Program-made: the position numbers and the translations under genes
Notes under the pieces: generated by a model
Database searches by the model: none
Told to the model about the DNA's origin: nothing
The model's input: the letters and a program-made list of their open reading frames with translations, nothing else
Shown: positions 1 to 11,000 of the stretch, piece after piece
Position numbering within the stretch: the first letter of the stretch is position 1
How the letters are laid out: every line of letters begins with the position of its first letter
Source of the DNA: an uncultured Desulfobacula sp.
GTDB taxonomy: Bacteria > Desulfobacterota > Desulfobacteria > Desulfobacterales > Desulfobacteraceae
NCBI GenBank assembly: GCA_964408295.1
Contig: CAYOYY010000008.1
Span: forward strand, 7,480 to 71,479
Reading direction: 5' to 3'
Length of the DNA: 64,000 nt

Positions 1-473
1 GGAACAAAGCCCGGAAAATGGGTGTAAGCTGTGCTGTTCTTTATGATTCCAAAGCTGATGCCTTTATTGACTATCTTCAGGATGATGTTGATGAACTTTG
101 CAGGAATCTTCTGAATTTTGATCTGATAATCGGGTTTAACATAATCGGGTTTGATTATAAGGTACTTTCAGGACTGTCGGATTTTGATTTTTCCTGCCTT
201 CCCACCCTTGATATTCTGCTGAAAATACATGAACGCCTGGGATACAGACTCTCACTTGATCATCTTGCCACACATACCCTTGGAACAGGCAAAACCGCGG
301 ACGGGCTGATGGCTCTTAAATGGTGGCGGCAGGGAAAGATCAAAGAAATAATTCAATACTGCAGGCAGGATGTAAAGGTGACAAGGGATCTTTACCTTTA
401 TGGCAGGGAAAATAAATTTCTTGTATTTAGGAACAAAGCCGGCCTTAAAGTAAGACTTCCGGTTAACTGGTGA
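1..473 (+). CDS. RNase H-like (RNase_H_2/YprB-type) exonuclease domain; 5'-truncated by the window, possibly the C-terminus of a DEAD/DEAH helicase fusion
   Basis: Frame is open from the window edge (NKARKMGVSCAV). Motifs GFNIIGFDY, LDIL, LSLDHLA, KTADGLMALKWW and YCRQDV are typical of this DEDD-like family. Confidence 0.7.
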   Translation, partial: NKARKMGVSCAVLYDSKADAFIDYLQDDVDELCRNLLNFDLIIGFNIIGFDYKVLSGLSDFDFSCLPTLDILLKIHERLGYRLSLDHLATHTLGTGKTADGLMALKWWRQGKIKEIIQYCRQDVKVTRDLYLYGRENKFLVFRNKAGLKVRLPVNW

Positions 474-490
474 ATTTCTTTAAAAATTCA

Positions 491-519
491 TTGATTTAAA
501 ACAGACTCTTTATTATAAG
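491..519 (+). promoter_or_regulatory. putative sigma70 promoter for the cytochrome-MCP pair
   Basis: TTGATT-N17-TATAAG about 70 nt upstream of the cytochrome start; AT-rich context weakens the call. Confidence 0.35.
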
Positions 520-588
520 TAGGTGCACAGAACATCTGGCGGTGTATTGTTGTCTTAAATAATCAGGACATAGCGAGTGAGGGACAAG

Positions 589-1044
589 ATGAAATATTAT
601 ATCAGTTTTGGATTGTTGCTTTTGGTTTGTTTTTGTTTTACCTGTGGTTTTGCAGCGCAGAAAGCCTATGTAGGTTCAAAGGCCTGTAAGGAATGTCATG
701 AACAGGAATATGCAAATTATATACAATTTGCAAAAAAATCCAGGTCTTTTGAAAATATCAGAAAAATGAAAAATAAACTGACCACGGAGGAATATAAATC
801 CTGTTTTGAATGTCATACAACAGGTTATGGCAAACAGGGCGGGTTTGTTTCTGAAGAAAAGACCCCTGAGCTTAAAAATGCCGGATGTGAAGTATGCCAC
901 GGCCCGGGCAGCCTTCATGTTGAAACAGAAGATCCGGATATGATTGTTGGAAAGGTCAGTATGGAAATCTGCAACCAGTGTCACAATAAAGACAGAATTG
1001 AGGCTTTTAATTTTAAACCGCTTTTGTTTGGCGGAGCACATTAA
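589..1044 (+). CDS. periplasmic tetraheme cytochrome c (c554-like family)
   Basis: Signal peptide followed by four CxxCH motifs (CKECH, CFECH, CEVCH, CNQCH), plus YVGS..C and CHGPGSLH signatures. ATG at 589 preferred over GTG at 577. Confidence 0.9.
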   Translation: MKYYISFGLLLLVCFCFTCGFAAQKAYVGSKACKECHEQEYANYIQFAKKSRSFENIRKMKNKLTTEEYKSCFECHTTGYGKQGGFVSEEKTPELKNAGCEVCHGPGSLHVETEDPDMIVGKVSMEICNQCHNKDRIEAFNFKPLLFGGAH

Positions 1045-1075
1045 AATATATATTACTCAGGAGAATTCAGCTGAT

Positions 1076-2755
1076 ATGTTTGGAAAACTGCTTAAATCCT
1101 TCAGCAGCCGGCTGTGGCTCAAATTGTTGCTTCCGGTATCGTTTATTGTAATTCTGGTTATACTGGTCAATCTGTACTTCAATATCACATCACAGATAAA
1201 ATCCGGTAAAACCCAGTTGGAAACCCAGAACCTGATGCTTGCCAATGCAGTTGAAGGCGGTATGTTTGATGCTCTGGCCACAGGAGACAATGATACGGTC
1301 AGGGCCCAGTTCAGACGTCTTTACAGCAAATCAAGGGATCTTAAAGTCTTTGTTTATGATTTTGAGGGAAATATTTCATTCAGTACAGACCAGAATTCAA
1401 TTGGCAAAAAAATGAACATTTATTTTTCCGGAGAACCGGAAAAGCAGATGTCTTCCATGCTTGAAACCGGTCAGACAAATGATTCCTCTTTTTATGTGAA
1501 GATTGACGGCAAACCCTTTCTGGCAGCCAACTCTCCCATCCTTAATGAGCAGCGCTGCTTTCATTGCCATGGCAGAACCCGTAAGGTACTGGGCGGGATC
1601 TCGGTTTTTTCTTCGGCACTTGGCATGGATCAGGCCATACAGCATGGAAAAATGACCAGCATATTAATCGGTATAGCGGGGCTTGTCGTTATAATTGCTT
1701 TTATCTGGTTTTTCTTTCATTTTATAGTCAACAAGAAAATACATATGGTGCTGGATGCAACATCATATCTGCGTCAGAAGGACTTTACCCATATATATGA
1801 TGTAAAGGAAGGCGATGAGATAAATCATATCCTTGCCAGAATCAATATGGTTACCAGTGATTTAAGGGAAGTAATCAAGCAGGTCGTGGATAATTCAGCC
1901 ACCATTGTGGATTCTGCTTCTGATCTTAGTGCAATTTCAAGCAATCTTAATGAGGCCAGTGCTGATACTTCTGAAAAAGCCACCACTGTTTCTGCAGCAG
2001 CAGAAGAAATGAGCATCAATAATAAATCCATTGCAGCTTCAATGGAACAGTCCACAGAATCCCTGGGTGCCATTGCTTCTGCAATAGAAGAGATGAGTGC
2101 CACTGTAAATGAAATTTCAAAAAACATACATTCTTCCAGGGAAATTACAGTAAAGGTTGTGGAAGGATTTGAAATGATCAGCCAGGTGGTGAATGAACTT
2201 GGAGAAAGGGCCAATGATGTTGATATTGTAACAGATGAGATCAGGGATATTTCAGAACAGGTCAGCATGCTTGCCTTAAATGCCAAAATTGAGGCAGCAA
2301 GGGCAGGAGAGGCAGGCAAGGGGTTTGCCGTTGTTGCCCAGGAAATTACTGAACTTGCCGTTGAAACAGGTGAATCAACATTAAAGGCAGATGAAAAACT
2401 GCACTGGATTAAAGCCAAATCCAAAGAGATAACAAAAAAGGTTGATGGGCTCACCAGAATAGTAAAAGAATCTGATGACGCCATCTCAAGTATTTCTGCG
2501 GCCGTTGAGGAACAGAATGTGACCACCAGGGAGATTGCCAATAATATCAGTGATGTTTCATCAGAAATTGCTGATGTGAATCACAATGTGAATGAAGGTG
2601 CAACAGCAGCAGAGGAAATAGCAAGGGAAATAACCATGGTGGAAGACGGAGCTAAAAAAGTTCAGGATAACAGCTCCAAACTCAATGATAATGCGCTCGC
2701 CCTGTCAGCCATGGCAGACAGCTTTATGGAACTTGTCAGAAAATTCAAGGTATAG
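1076..2755 (+). CDS. methyl-accepting chemotaxis protein with periplasmic c-type heme site (DcrA-like)
   Basis: Two TM helices flank a sensor domain containing CFHCH; HAMP-like linker; hairpin-tip motif [23 protein letters not shown]. Start moved to ATG 1076 to avoid overlap with the cytochrome. Confidence 0.92.
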   Translation: MFGKLLKSFSSRLWLKLLLPVSFIVILVILVNLYFNITSQIKSGKTQLETQNLMLANAVEGGMFDALATGDNDTVRAQFRRLYSKSRDLKVFVYDFEGNISFSTDQNSIGKKMNIYFSGEPEKQMSSMLETGQTNDSSFYVKIDGKPFLAANSPILNEQRCFHCHGRTRKVLGGISVFSSALGMDQAIQHGKMTSILIGIAGLVVIIAFIWFFFHFIVNKKIHMVLDATSYLRQKDFTHIYDVKEGDEINHILARINMVTSDLREVIKQVVDNSATIVDSASDLSAISSNLNEASADTSEKATTVSAAAEEMSINNKSIAASMEQSTESLGAIASAIEEMSATVNEISKNIHSSREITVKVVEGFEMISQVVNELGERANDVDIVTDEIRDISEQVSMLALNAKIEAARAGEAGKGFAVVAQEITELAVETGESTLKADEKLHWIKAKSKEITKKVDGLTRIVKESDDAISSISAAVEEQNVTTREIANNISDVSSEIADVNHNVNEGATAAEEIAREITMVEDGAKKVQDNSSKLNDNALALSAMADSFMELVRKFKV

Positions 2756-2778
2756 TAGCAGCCAGGCCATGCGCGCAT

Positions 2779-4350
2779 TCAGGCTGGCATGATTTTTTTG
2801 TAAATGGTGTGATACAGGACAAGAATTTCCTGGATTTTTAAGACATACCCTGAGATGAAAAAACATACCAGAAATTCAACTGCAGTCAAAACTGAAATTG
2901 TAAAAGCTGCGGTAAACCCTGACGGGTCCATGAGGATTCTGAGCCCATGCGCTGAAACCTGCATAAGCCCGCCTATAACAAGGCTTATCAATACAATCTT
3001 CATAAAAAAGATATGCACTTCTTTTTTATGAAGATTGTTGTTTTTTCTGCTCCAGAATTCAAAAAGCAGAAAAGACTGAACCATTGCGGAAAGGGACAGG
3101 CCTAAGGCCACTCCCCTGGCTCCCATGATTTTCATAAGAAAAAAGATTACAGGCAGGCCTGATATCACGCATATGGTTGTAAAAACAGCAGGAAATATTG
3201 TATTCTGAATCGCATAATATCCCCTTGAGATAATGCTTGTTGCGGAAAATGCAAAAGCCCCTGCCATGAAAAAAGGCAGAATCGAGGCTGTCATTGCAGT
3301 TGCCTGTGCATCAAATTTTCCTCTTTGAAAGAGAATGAGAACAATCTCGTGACTTAATACCATGAACAGAATTGAAAAGGGGATGATCATGAAAATGAAT
3401 TTTACAGTTCTGTTCAGAAGCTGGTTCAGCTCGTTTCTGTCATCTCTGGCTGCAAGCTTTGCCATGAAAGGATATGATGCCACACCTATTGCCTGACCGA
3501 ACAGTCCGACAAGTATGAACATTATTCTGACACTGTAGTTCATTGCAGCAATATTGCCTTCGCTCAGGTATGAACCGAAAAATTTCAACAGAATTTCAGT
3601 TGAAAATGTCATGGTAAGGCCAAGCATCAGAGGAAGGGTAAGTTTTGTGTATTTTATCAGATCAGGATGTCTGATGCTGAAAACAGGGTAATATTTCACC
3701 CCAAGGGATCTTGCTCCCATTATCTGAAGGACAAAGTTGCCGATGAAAGCACCTGCCAGCACACCCCAGGCAAAGCCTTCCATACCCATTTTCTGTCCCA
3801 GTAAAAGCCCGCCTGCAATAATGCCAAGATTATATATAAGAGGGGCAAGTGCAGGAATGAAGAATTTTTCATTTGCAAACTGCACTGCCATCAAAAGGCC
3901 TCCAACAAAAAAGAAAAACTGGGCAGGCAGGATAATACGGGTCATTTTGACGGCAAGGGCAAATGTGACAGGGTCATTGAGTCCCGGAGCAGCAATATGC
4001 ACAAACCATGGCGTCCATATCATTGTGACCGCCATGAACATGACAAGCAGCAGCCCAAAGCTGTTCAGTATGATGGAAAACACATGATATCCCTGTTCTT
4101 TTCTGCCGCAGGCAAGATACCTGGTAAAAATGGGGATAAAGGTTATGGAAAGAAATCCGCTTGCAACAATATGATTGAGAATTTCAGGGATTATAAAGGC
4201 AATCTGGTAGGCATCAACTCCTGCCTTGACTCCGCCTACATCTGCAATGGCAACTGCCCGGAATACGCCTATCAGGCGGCTGGCAAACACAGAGGCCATC
4301 ATAATGAATGATGCAGCCCCAAGTTTTTTGAACATTTTTTTATCTGTCAT
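2779..4350 (-). CDS. murJ: lipid II flippase MurJ (MviN)
   Basis: MOP-family multi-TM protein with SRLIGVFR, DAYQIAFIIPE, FIPIF, APLIYNLGII and LFQRGKF. Start at MTDKK (4350). Confidence 0.9.
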   Translation of the reverse strand: MTDKKMFKKLGAASFIMMASVFASRLIGVFRAVAIADVGGVKAGVDAYQIAFIIPEILNHIVASGFLSITFIPIFTRYLACGRKEQGYHVFSIILNSFGLLLVMFMAVTMIWTPWFVHIAAPGLNDPVTFALAVKMTRIILPAQFFFFVGGLLMAVQFANEKFFIPALAPLIYNLGIIAGGLLLGQKMGMEGFAWGVLAGAFIGNFVLQIMGARSLGVKYYPVFSIRHPDLIKYTKLTLPLMLGLTMTFSTEILLKFFGSYLSEGNIAAMNYSVRIMFILVGLFGQAIGVASYPFMAKLAARDDRNELNQLLNRTVKFIFMIIPFSILFMVLSHEIVLILFQRGKFDAQATAMTASILPFFMAGAFAFSATSIISRGYYAIQNTIFPAVFTTICVISGLPVIFFLMKIMGARGVALGLSLSAMVQSFLLFEFWSRKNNNLHKKEVHIFFMKIVLISLVIGGLMQVSAHGLRILMDPSGFTAAFTISVLTAVEFLVCFFISGYVLKIQEILVLYHTIYKKIMPA

Positions 4351-4493
4351 ATCATAAGTCCCCCAACGGTTTAACATATGGACAGTATAAATAAAAGAGC
4401 TGCCTGGAAAATAGTTTGACTGATCTGTGCCTGCAGAATATATTAAAGCAATAAAAGTAATTTGCATTCAATCACCGGGGTGAAAAAGGACAA

Positions 4494-4772
4494 ATGGTAA
4501 CAAGACTTGGAATATATTCTCTTCTGGCAGGTTTTTTTGTGGGTGTGTTCAATGGAATTTCACATTTTATGGGAGTAAATAATATATGGGTTAATCTTAC
4601 TATCTCAAAACTGATCGGTCCTGATATGTCGGAATCTATTGCAGAGGCTGTAAACATTGAATCAATCCGGGGAATTTTATCATATCTCATATATGACCTG
4701 CCTTTTTTTTGTTTTCTGCTTGGCATGGGGGTATTGTTTCTGATTTTAAGCCTTTTTGTTAAAGAACATTGA
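4494..4772 (+). CDS. small hypothetical membrane protein
   Basis: 92-aa ORF with hydrophobic N- and C-terminal segments, AAGGA upstream, first gene of a + strand run. Confidence 0.7.
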   Translation: MVTRLGIYSLLAGFFVGVFNGISHFMGVNNIWVNLTISKLIGPDMSESIAEAVNIESIRGILSYLIYDLPFFCFLLGMGVLFLILSLFVKEH

Positions 4773-4799
4773 TATTGTTTGGCAAAGATATTGTCTGAA

Positions 4800-6155
4800 A
4801 TGGATGAAAAAAAGAAAATATCCCGGTTAAATCCGGTTTCAAGAAGAAAATTTTTAAAATATGCCGTTTTTTCATCAGGGGCATTCATGATGCCTTTATG
4901 TTTTTCAGGATGTGCTGTAAATCCTGTTACAGGTGAGAATCAGCTTATGCTGGTATCACGCAGCCAGGAGATTGCGATTGACCGGCAGCGTTCAAAATTT
5001 CAGTTTTCTTCTGACTACGGCATTACCAGGGATGAAAAAATAAATGATTATATCGGTGAAGTGGGCAGAAAGCTTCTGCCCTATGTCCAACGCCCTGACA
5101 TGCCGTATAATTTTCATTGTGTGAACGCGACATATATAAATGCCTATGCATTTCCAGGAGGCTCAATTGCAGCAACGCGCGGTATCCTTCTGAAGCTGGA
5201 TAATGAGGCTCAGCTTGCTTCTCTGATCGGTCATGAACTGGGCCATGTCAATGCCCGCCACACTGCCCAGCAGATTTCAAAAGGGCAGATTGCTTCAATA
5301 ATTGTGGGAGGGCTGGTACTTGCTGCAGATTCCAGAAATTCAGGTCTGGGAAATGTGGCAAGGAAACTTGGTATGCTGGGACAGGGTCTGCTTTTGTCAA
5401 AGTACAGCAGAGATCATGAAAGGCAGGCTGATTTTCTTGGCAATGCCTATATGGTGAAAGCAGGATATTCTTCCAGGGGATTTGTGCAGCTCATGCAGAT
5501 GCTCAATTCATTGCACAAAAAAAAACCGGACAGCACCCAGATACTTTTTTCCAGCCATCCCATGAGTTCTGAAAGGCTTGCTGCGGCCCTTGCAAGAGAA
5601 AAGGGTATGTATGAGGCCAGTATCAATCATATGCTCGGCCATGAAAGATTCATGGACCGAACTTCTTCTCTGAGAGCAAAGAAAAAGGGCATAGAGCTTT
5701 TGCAGCACGGAGAATCCTTTCTGGGACAGAAAAAATATGCCATGGCTGAAAAAGTTTTTACTGATGCTGTAAATGAAATCAAAAACGATTATACTGCCCA
5801 TGTTCTCATGGCCAAATGCCTTGTTCTTGAGAAAAAAGCATCAAAAGCACTGCCATATGCTGATAAGGCAAAACAATTGTATCCAGGCGAGGCCCAGGGG
5901 TATTTTGTTTCAGGACTGGCTAACCTTGGCCTGAAACACTGGACAGACGCATACCAGGATTTTGAATCCTGCGATAATGTACTACCGGGCAATCCCCAGG
6001 TAACTTTTTACAAGGGATACTGCCTGGAAAAGAACGGACAGTCATCCCCTGCTGCATCTGCTTATATGGCCTATCTCAAGCAGGTTGGCTATCAGCCTGG
6101 AAAATATTCAAAATACGCCTATGACCGCCTGAAAAAATGGGGGTATATCAATTAA
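4800..6155 (+). CDS. M48 family zinc metalloprotease with TPR repeats (BepA/YfgC-like), predicted Tat lipoprotein
   Basis: SRRKFLK twin-arginine motif, lipobox-like FSGC, NAYAFPGG, HELGH zinc motif, YSRDHERQAD, SSHP, C-terminal TPR-like helices. Confidence 0.88.
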   Translation: MDEKKKISRLNPVSRRKFLKYAVFSSGAFMMPLCFSGCAVNPVTGENQLMLVSRSQEIAIDRQRSKFQFSSDYGITRDEKINDYIGEVGRKLLPYVQRPDMPYNFHCVNATYINAYAFPGGSIAATRGILLKLDNEAQLASLIGHELGHVNARHTAQQISKGQIASIIVGGLVLAADSRNSGLGNVARKLGMLGQGLLLSKYSRDHERQADFLGNAYMVKAGYSSRGFVQLMQMLNSLHKKKPDSTQILFSSHPMSSERLAAALAREKGMYEASINHMLGHERFMDRTSSLRAKKKGIELLQHGESFLGQKKYAMAEKVFTDAVNEIKNDYTAHVLMAKCLVLEKKASKALPYADKAKQLYPGEAQGYFVSGLANLGLKHWTDAYQDFESCDNVLPGNPQVTFYKGYCLEKNGQSSPAASAYMAYLKQVGYQPGKYSKYAYDRLKKWGYIN

Positions 6156-6161
6156 TCTTTT

Positions 6162-7994
6162 ATGAAATTCTCAAGTCTTGGTCAATGTATTGATTTTCTT
6201 GAAAAACAAGGAGAACTTGTACGAATTACCCGTCAGGTTGACCCTGATCTTGAAATGGCGGAAATTACAAGGCAGGTATTTAATGCTCAGGGGCCTGCTC
6301 TGCTGTTTTCCAATATAAGTAATTCAAAATTTTCTGCTGTGTCAAACCTGTTCGGTACATGGAAGCGAACCCTTAAGATATTTGAGCCGCAGCTTGCATC
6401 TGTAAAAGCCCTTATTGATATCAGGTCTGATCCTGGCCTTTGTTTCCGGAATCCAGGCAGAATTCTCAAGGCCATTCCTGCGCTTGTACATTCCATGCCT
6501 TTGAAAACCCGTGCCCCAAAGGTTGCACAGAACAGATGCACAATAGATGACCTTCCCATGATACGCTGCTGGCCTGAAGACGGAGGCGCTTTTATTCTGC
6601 TGCCCCAGGTTTTTTCAACTGACCCTGAAACAGACAATATATTTACTTCCAACCTTGGCATGTACAGAATCCAGATATCTGGAAACGAGTATGACAATGG
6701 CCGTGAAATAGGGCTTCACTACCAGCTGCACCGCGGAATAGGCAACCATCATAAAAAGGCTCTTGAAATGAAAAAACCCCTGCGGGTAAGCATATTCATT
6801 GGAGGCCCTCCTGCCCATACCCTTGCTGCCATAATGCCCCTGCCTGAAAATGTCCCTGAAATTGCCTTTGCAGGCGCACTGGCAGGAAAAAATTTCAGGT
6901 ATTGCGTGAAAAATGGTTTTGTTCTGTCAGGGGATGCAGATTTCTGTATAACAGGAACCATTGATCCCGGCAGAATGAAACCTGAAGGCCCGTTTGGGGA
7001 TCATCTTGGATATTATTCCCTTGAACATGAATATCCATTTGTAAGGGTCGAGAATGTATATCACAGGCCAAATGCAGTTTTTCCGTTTACAATTGTGGGC
7101 CGGCCTCCACAGGAGGATTCCAATTTCGGAAAACTGATCCACGAACTGACAGGCTCGGCAATAAAACATGAAATTCCAGGTGTTACAGCAGTCAATGCTG
7201 TGGATGATGCAGGAGTGCATCCTCTGCTGCTTGCAAAGGCACATGAAAGATATCTTCCGTTTGAAAAAAGAAAACCAAGGGAAATTTTAACCCATGCAGC
7301 AAGAATCCTTGGCACAGGTCAGTTATCTTTGGCAAAATATCTTTTCATATGCGCACATGAAGACAGCCCGGGCCTTGATGTCAGGGATGAAAAAGCCTTT
7401 TTTGCTCATATGCTGGAACGTATTGATTTTAAAACTGATCTTCATTTTATTACCCATACAACCATGGACACGCTTGATTATTCCTCTTCCTGCATTAATC
7501 AGGGATCAAAGTTAATTGCTGCTGCAGCAGGAGAGAAAAAAAGAATCCTGAAATCAGAATTTTCTGAATCATTTTCCCTGCCTGAAGGATTCTGCTGCCC
7601 GCAGATTGCAGCGCCGGGAATAATAGTGGTCAAAGGCCCTGAATTTACCGGGTATTCAAAGGGAAGAAAACATATAAATTCACTTAAAAAACATTTGGCT
7701 GTTCAGAAAAACCTGTCTGGTTTTCCCCTTGTTGTTGTGGCAGATGATGCGTTTTTTGCTGCCAGGACTTTTTCAAATTTTTTATGGGTGTGTTTTTCAC
7801 GATCCAATCCTTCACATGATGTTTATGGAGTAGGTGAAAAAACCATGTTCAAGCACTGGCAATGTGCAGGTCCCCTTATTATTGATGCCAGGATTAAACC
7901 GTTTCATGCCAGGGAACTTGTCAGTGACAGGAAAACAGCCGAAAAAGTCAGGGAACTGGCCGTACGGGGAGGGCCTCTGGCCGGCATAATATAA
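6162..7994 (+). CDS. UbiD family (prFMN-dependent) decarboxylase
   Basis: NLGMYRIQ, EGPFGDHLGYY, VGRPPQED and TTMDTLDYS motifs. Confidence 0.9.
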   Translation: MKFSSLGQCIDFLEKQGELVRITRQVDPDLEMAEITRQVFNAQGPALLFSNISNSKFSAVSNLFGTWKRTLKIFEPQLASVKALIDIRSDPGLCFRNPGRILKAIPALVHSMPLKTRAPKVAQNRCTIDDLPMIRCWPEDGGAFILLPQVFSTDPETDNIFTSNLGMYRIQISGNEYDNGREIGLHYQLHRGIGNHHKKALEMKKPLRVSIFIGGPPAHTLAAIMPLPENVPEIAFAGALAGKNFRYCVKNGFVLSGDADFCITGTIDPGRMKPEGPFGDHLGYYSLEHEYPFVRVENVYHRPNAVFPFTIVGRPPQEDSNFGKLIHELTGSAIKHEIPGVTAVNAVDDAGVHPLLLAKAHERYLPFEKRKPREILTHAARILGTGQLSLAKYLFICAHEDSPGLDVRDEKAFFAHMLERIDFKTDLHFITHTTMDTLDYSSSCINQGSKLIAAAAGEKKRILKSEFSESFSLPEGFCCPQIAAPGIIVVKGPEFTGYSKGRKHINSLKKHLAVQKNLSGFPLVVVADDAFFAARTFSNFLWVCFSRSNPSHDVYGVGEKTMFKHWQCAGPLIIDARIKPFHARELVSDRKTAEKVRELAVRGGPLAGII

Positions 7995-8008
7995 GATAAG
8001 GAAACTAT

Positions 8009-11000
8009 ATGAGAATGGAAAAATTGTCTGTAAAAAAGATTGCAATGGGACTACTGGTTTTTGTGGCAGTTGTTTATACCATTGCAGGATTTTTTCTGGT
8101 TCCTGTCATTGGCAGGCATGTAATAAAACAGCAGCTTGAAGCCTCGCTTCACAGACAGGTTTCCATGGGGAAACTTAAGGTGAATCCCTATAGTTTCACA
8201 ATATCACTCAATGATTTATTGATAAAAGACAGGGATGGTAAAGTTTTTTTCAGGGCCTCAGATATTCTGGCTGATTTGAGTGCTTCATCCATATTCACTT
8301 TATGTCCTGTGATTTCAGAGCTCTATCTGAAATCGCCTCTTGTCAGTATTATAAGAAACAGGGACGGATCCTTTAATTTTTCAGATCTTGCAGATTCATC
8401 TGACAGACATGAACCAGATCAGTCAGACCATATGCCTGCATTTACCTTTAAAAATATTCATATCAGCAATGGAAGTATAAATTTTACTGATGATAAGTCC
8501 GATACAGTACACAGGCTTGAAAGACTGGATATTAAAATCCCGTTTTTAAGTACCAGACCAAAATACATGCACAAAAAATCTGTACTTGATCTTAAATTTA
8601 TACTGAACAAAGCAAAGTTTAAAATTCATGCCAGTATGACACCATTTGCTAGAACACGGGATATTTCAGCAAAAATAAAAGTTACAGGCATGGATGCGGT
8701 TCATTATCTTTCATATCTGCCTGTCCCGGAAACGATAAAGCTTAAACATCTTGATATCGGTCTGGACATTAATGCTGATTATTGTATACAGGATTCACAG
8801 AATCAGCTGAAACTGTCCGGGAAGCTTGATCTTATAAATTGCGATATTGAGGACAGAAACTCCAGCCGGATTCTCAAGTTCTCAGGCCTGAGTGTGGATA
8901 TTGCAAAGGCAGATATTTTCGGGCGTAGTTTTCTGATCTCAAAACTTATTGTAAAAGACCCTGATATTAATCTTGTGCTGGACAAACAGGGCATTTTGAA
9001 CGTATCAGCCCTGCTTCAGAATACAAAACCAGCAAACAATAATGATACCGGGGCTGAGTTGAGTTCTGATGATCATCATGACCTGACGGTTAAACTGGAT
9101 GATTTTGAAATCATGAACGGCATGGTTTTTTTTCATGATTTTAATTGCAAAAAACACTTTGACCTGAAAATTTTCCCCTTGAATGCCAGAGTGCATGATT
9201 TCAGGTTCAAGGATAAGATTTCAGGCAGATACAAAATAGATTTTGCAACCAGGGCCGGTGAAAAAATAAGTTCAGAGGGCAGCTTTGGTACAGATCCGGT
9301 TCTGGCTGAAGGGCAGATAAAGATTTCTGACCTTGTCATTAACAGATATGCCCCATATTATGAAAACTTCACAGGATGCATTGTTAAAAACGGTAAAATC
9401 AATCTTGACGGCGGTTTTAAATTCAGCTTTCATGCGGAAAACCCTGTTATGTCGCTAAAACCGCTTAATATTGAAATTGCGAATCTTTCAATTTGCGATG
9501 GGAAGACAGGAAACAGCATGATTGAAATGCCTGAATTCAAAATTGCAGATGCATCATTTGATTCCGAATCTTCAGACGTCAATGCAGGAAAAATTACAGC
9601 AGAAAATGCAAGGATCTTAGTGAAGCGAAATAGGAACGGACAGATGAATCTGGCTCATATTGTTATTGCGCCGCCTGAAGACAGACAGAAAAATCCCTCA
9701 GATACTGCCCGCAAATGGAAGATCGGCCTGGATTCACTGTCTGCTGAAAATTTTACCCTGAAATTTGTGGATATAGTTCCTGGCAACCCTGCTGCAATTG
9801 ATCTTTCCAATATTAATATCAATGCCATGAATCTGAAAAATTCTCCCCATGAGAAAGGCACCATAAATGCAGACATGAACTGGAATAAACAAGGCAGGAT
9901 AAATATCAAAGGCAATGTTTTCCCAGGTGACATGAAAGCAGATTTTGATATCGGGCTTAAAGGGATTGATATAAAATCCATGCAGCCGTATTTTACAGAT
10001 ATTGTGAAAATACTGGTGACGGATGGAGAAATTCATGCCACAGGAAAACTCAGAATCAATGGTATGGGCAGATCTAAGCCGGATATCGGATTTTCAGGCC
10101 AGGCATCTGTAACCGATTTCATCAGCCTTGACAAACAGAATGCTGAAAAATTTTTTCAATGCAGTTCCTTTTATGTATCAGGACTTGATGTTTCAGTTTT
10201 TCCTCTGAAAGTAAGGATAAAGGATATCTCTTTAACTGATTTCTATTCAAGGATAAGTATTGACAAAAAGGGGAATCTTAACCTGAGTTCAATTTTTCAA
10301 CATGACAGACCTGATATCCAGGCAAAAAATAACTCTGATGCTCCGGCAGGCACCAAGCCTCATAATAATAATCCTGCTGATATAAACATAAGCAATATAA
10401 CATTGCAGGGAGGGAAAATAGATTTTTCAGATTGTTTTACCAGGCCTAATTTCAGAACCGGCATGAGCCAGATAGCCGGGTCGGTAAAGGGCCTGTCATC
10501 CCGAGACGGAACCCGTGCAGCCCTGCGTTTCAGGGGGGTGCACGGTCAGTCTTCTCCCCTTGATATTTCAGGTACTGTCAATCCGCTTGCTGCAAAGAAA
10601 TCCGCTGATATACATGTTTTATTCAAAAATATTGAATTAAGTGATTTCACTCCCTACGCAGCAAAATATCTTGGCTATAAAATAAAAAAGGGAAAACTGA
10701 TTCTTGATCTTTCATATAAGATTAATGGCAATAAGCTGGAATCTGACAACCGCATAAGATTTGACCGTTTTACACTGGGTGAAAAGGTTGACAGTCCGGA
10801 TGCAACTTCCCTGCCTGTTGCCCTTGCAATAGCCCTGTTAAAGGACAGTTCCGGCCAGATTAATCTTGATCTTCCAGTTTCCGGCCAGATTAATGATCCT
10901 GAATTTAAGATTGGCTCAATTATTCTGAAAATGGTTACTAATCTTGTCCTGAAGGTTGTGACATCTCCTTTTTCCGTCATAGGTTCCATGTTTGGAGGAG

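Noticed and set aside
1825..2541. 238-aa antisense ORF inside the MCP, and the many similar shadow ORFs (e.g. 28695-29678, 60982-61590)
   Set aside because: They overlap well-supported genes on the opposite strand and carry no recognisable motifs.
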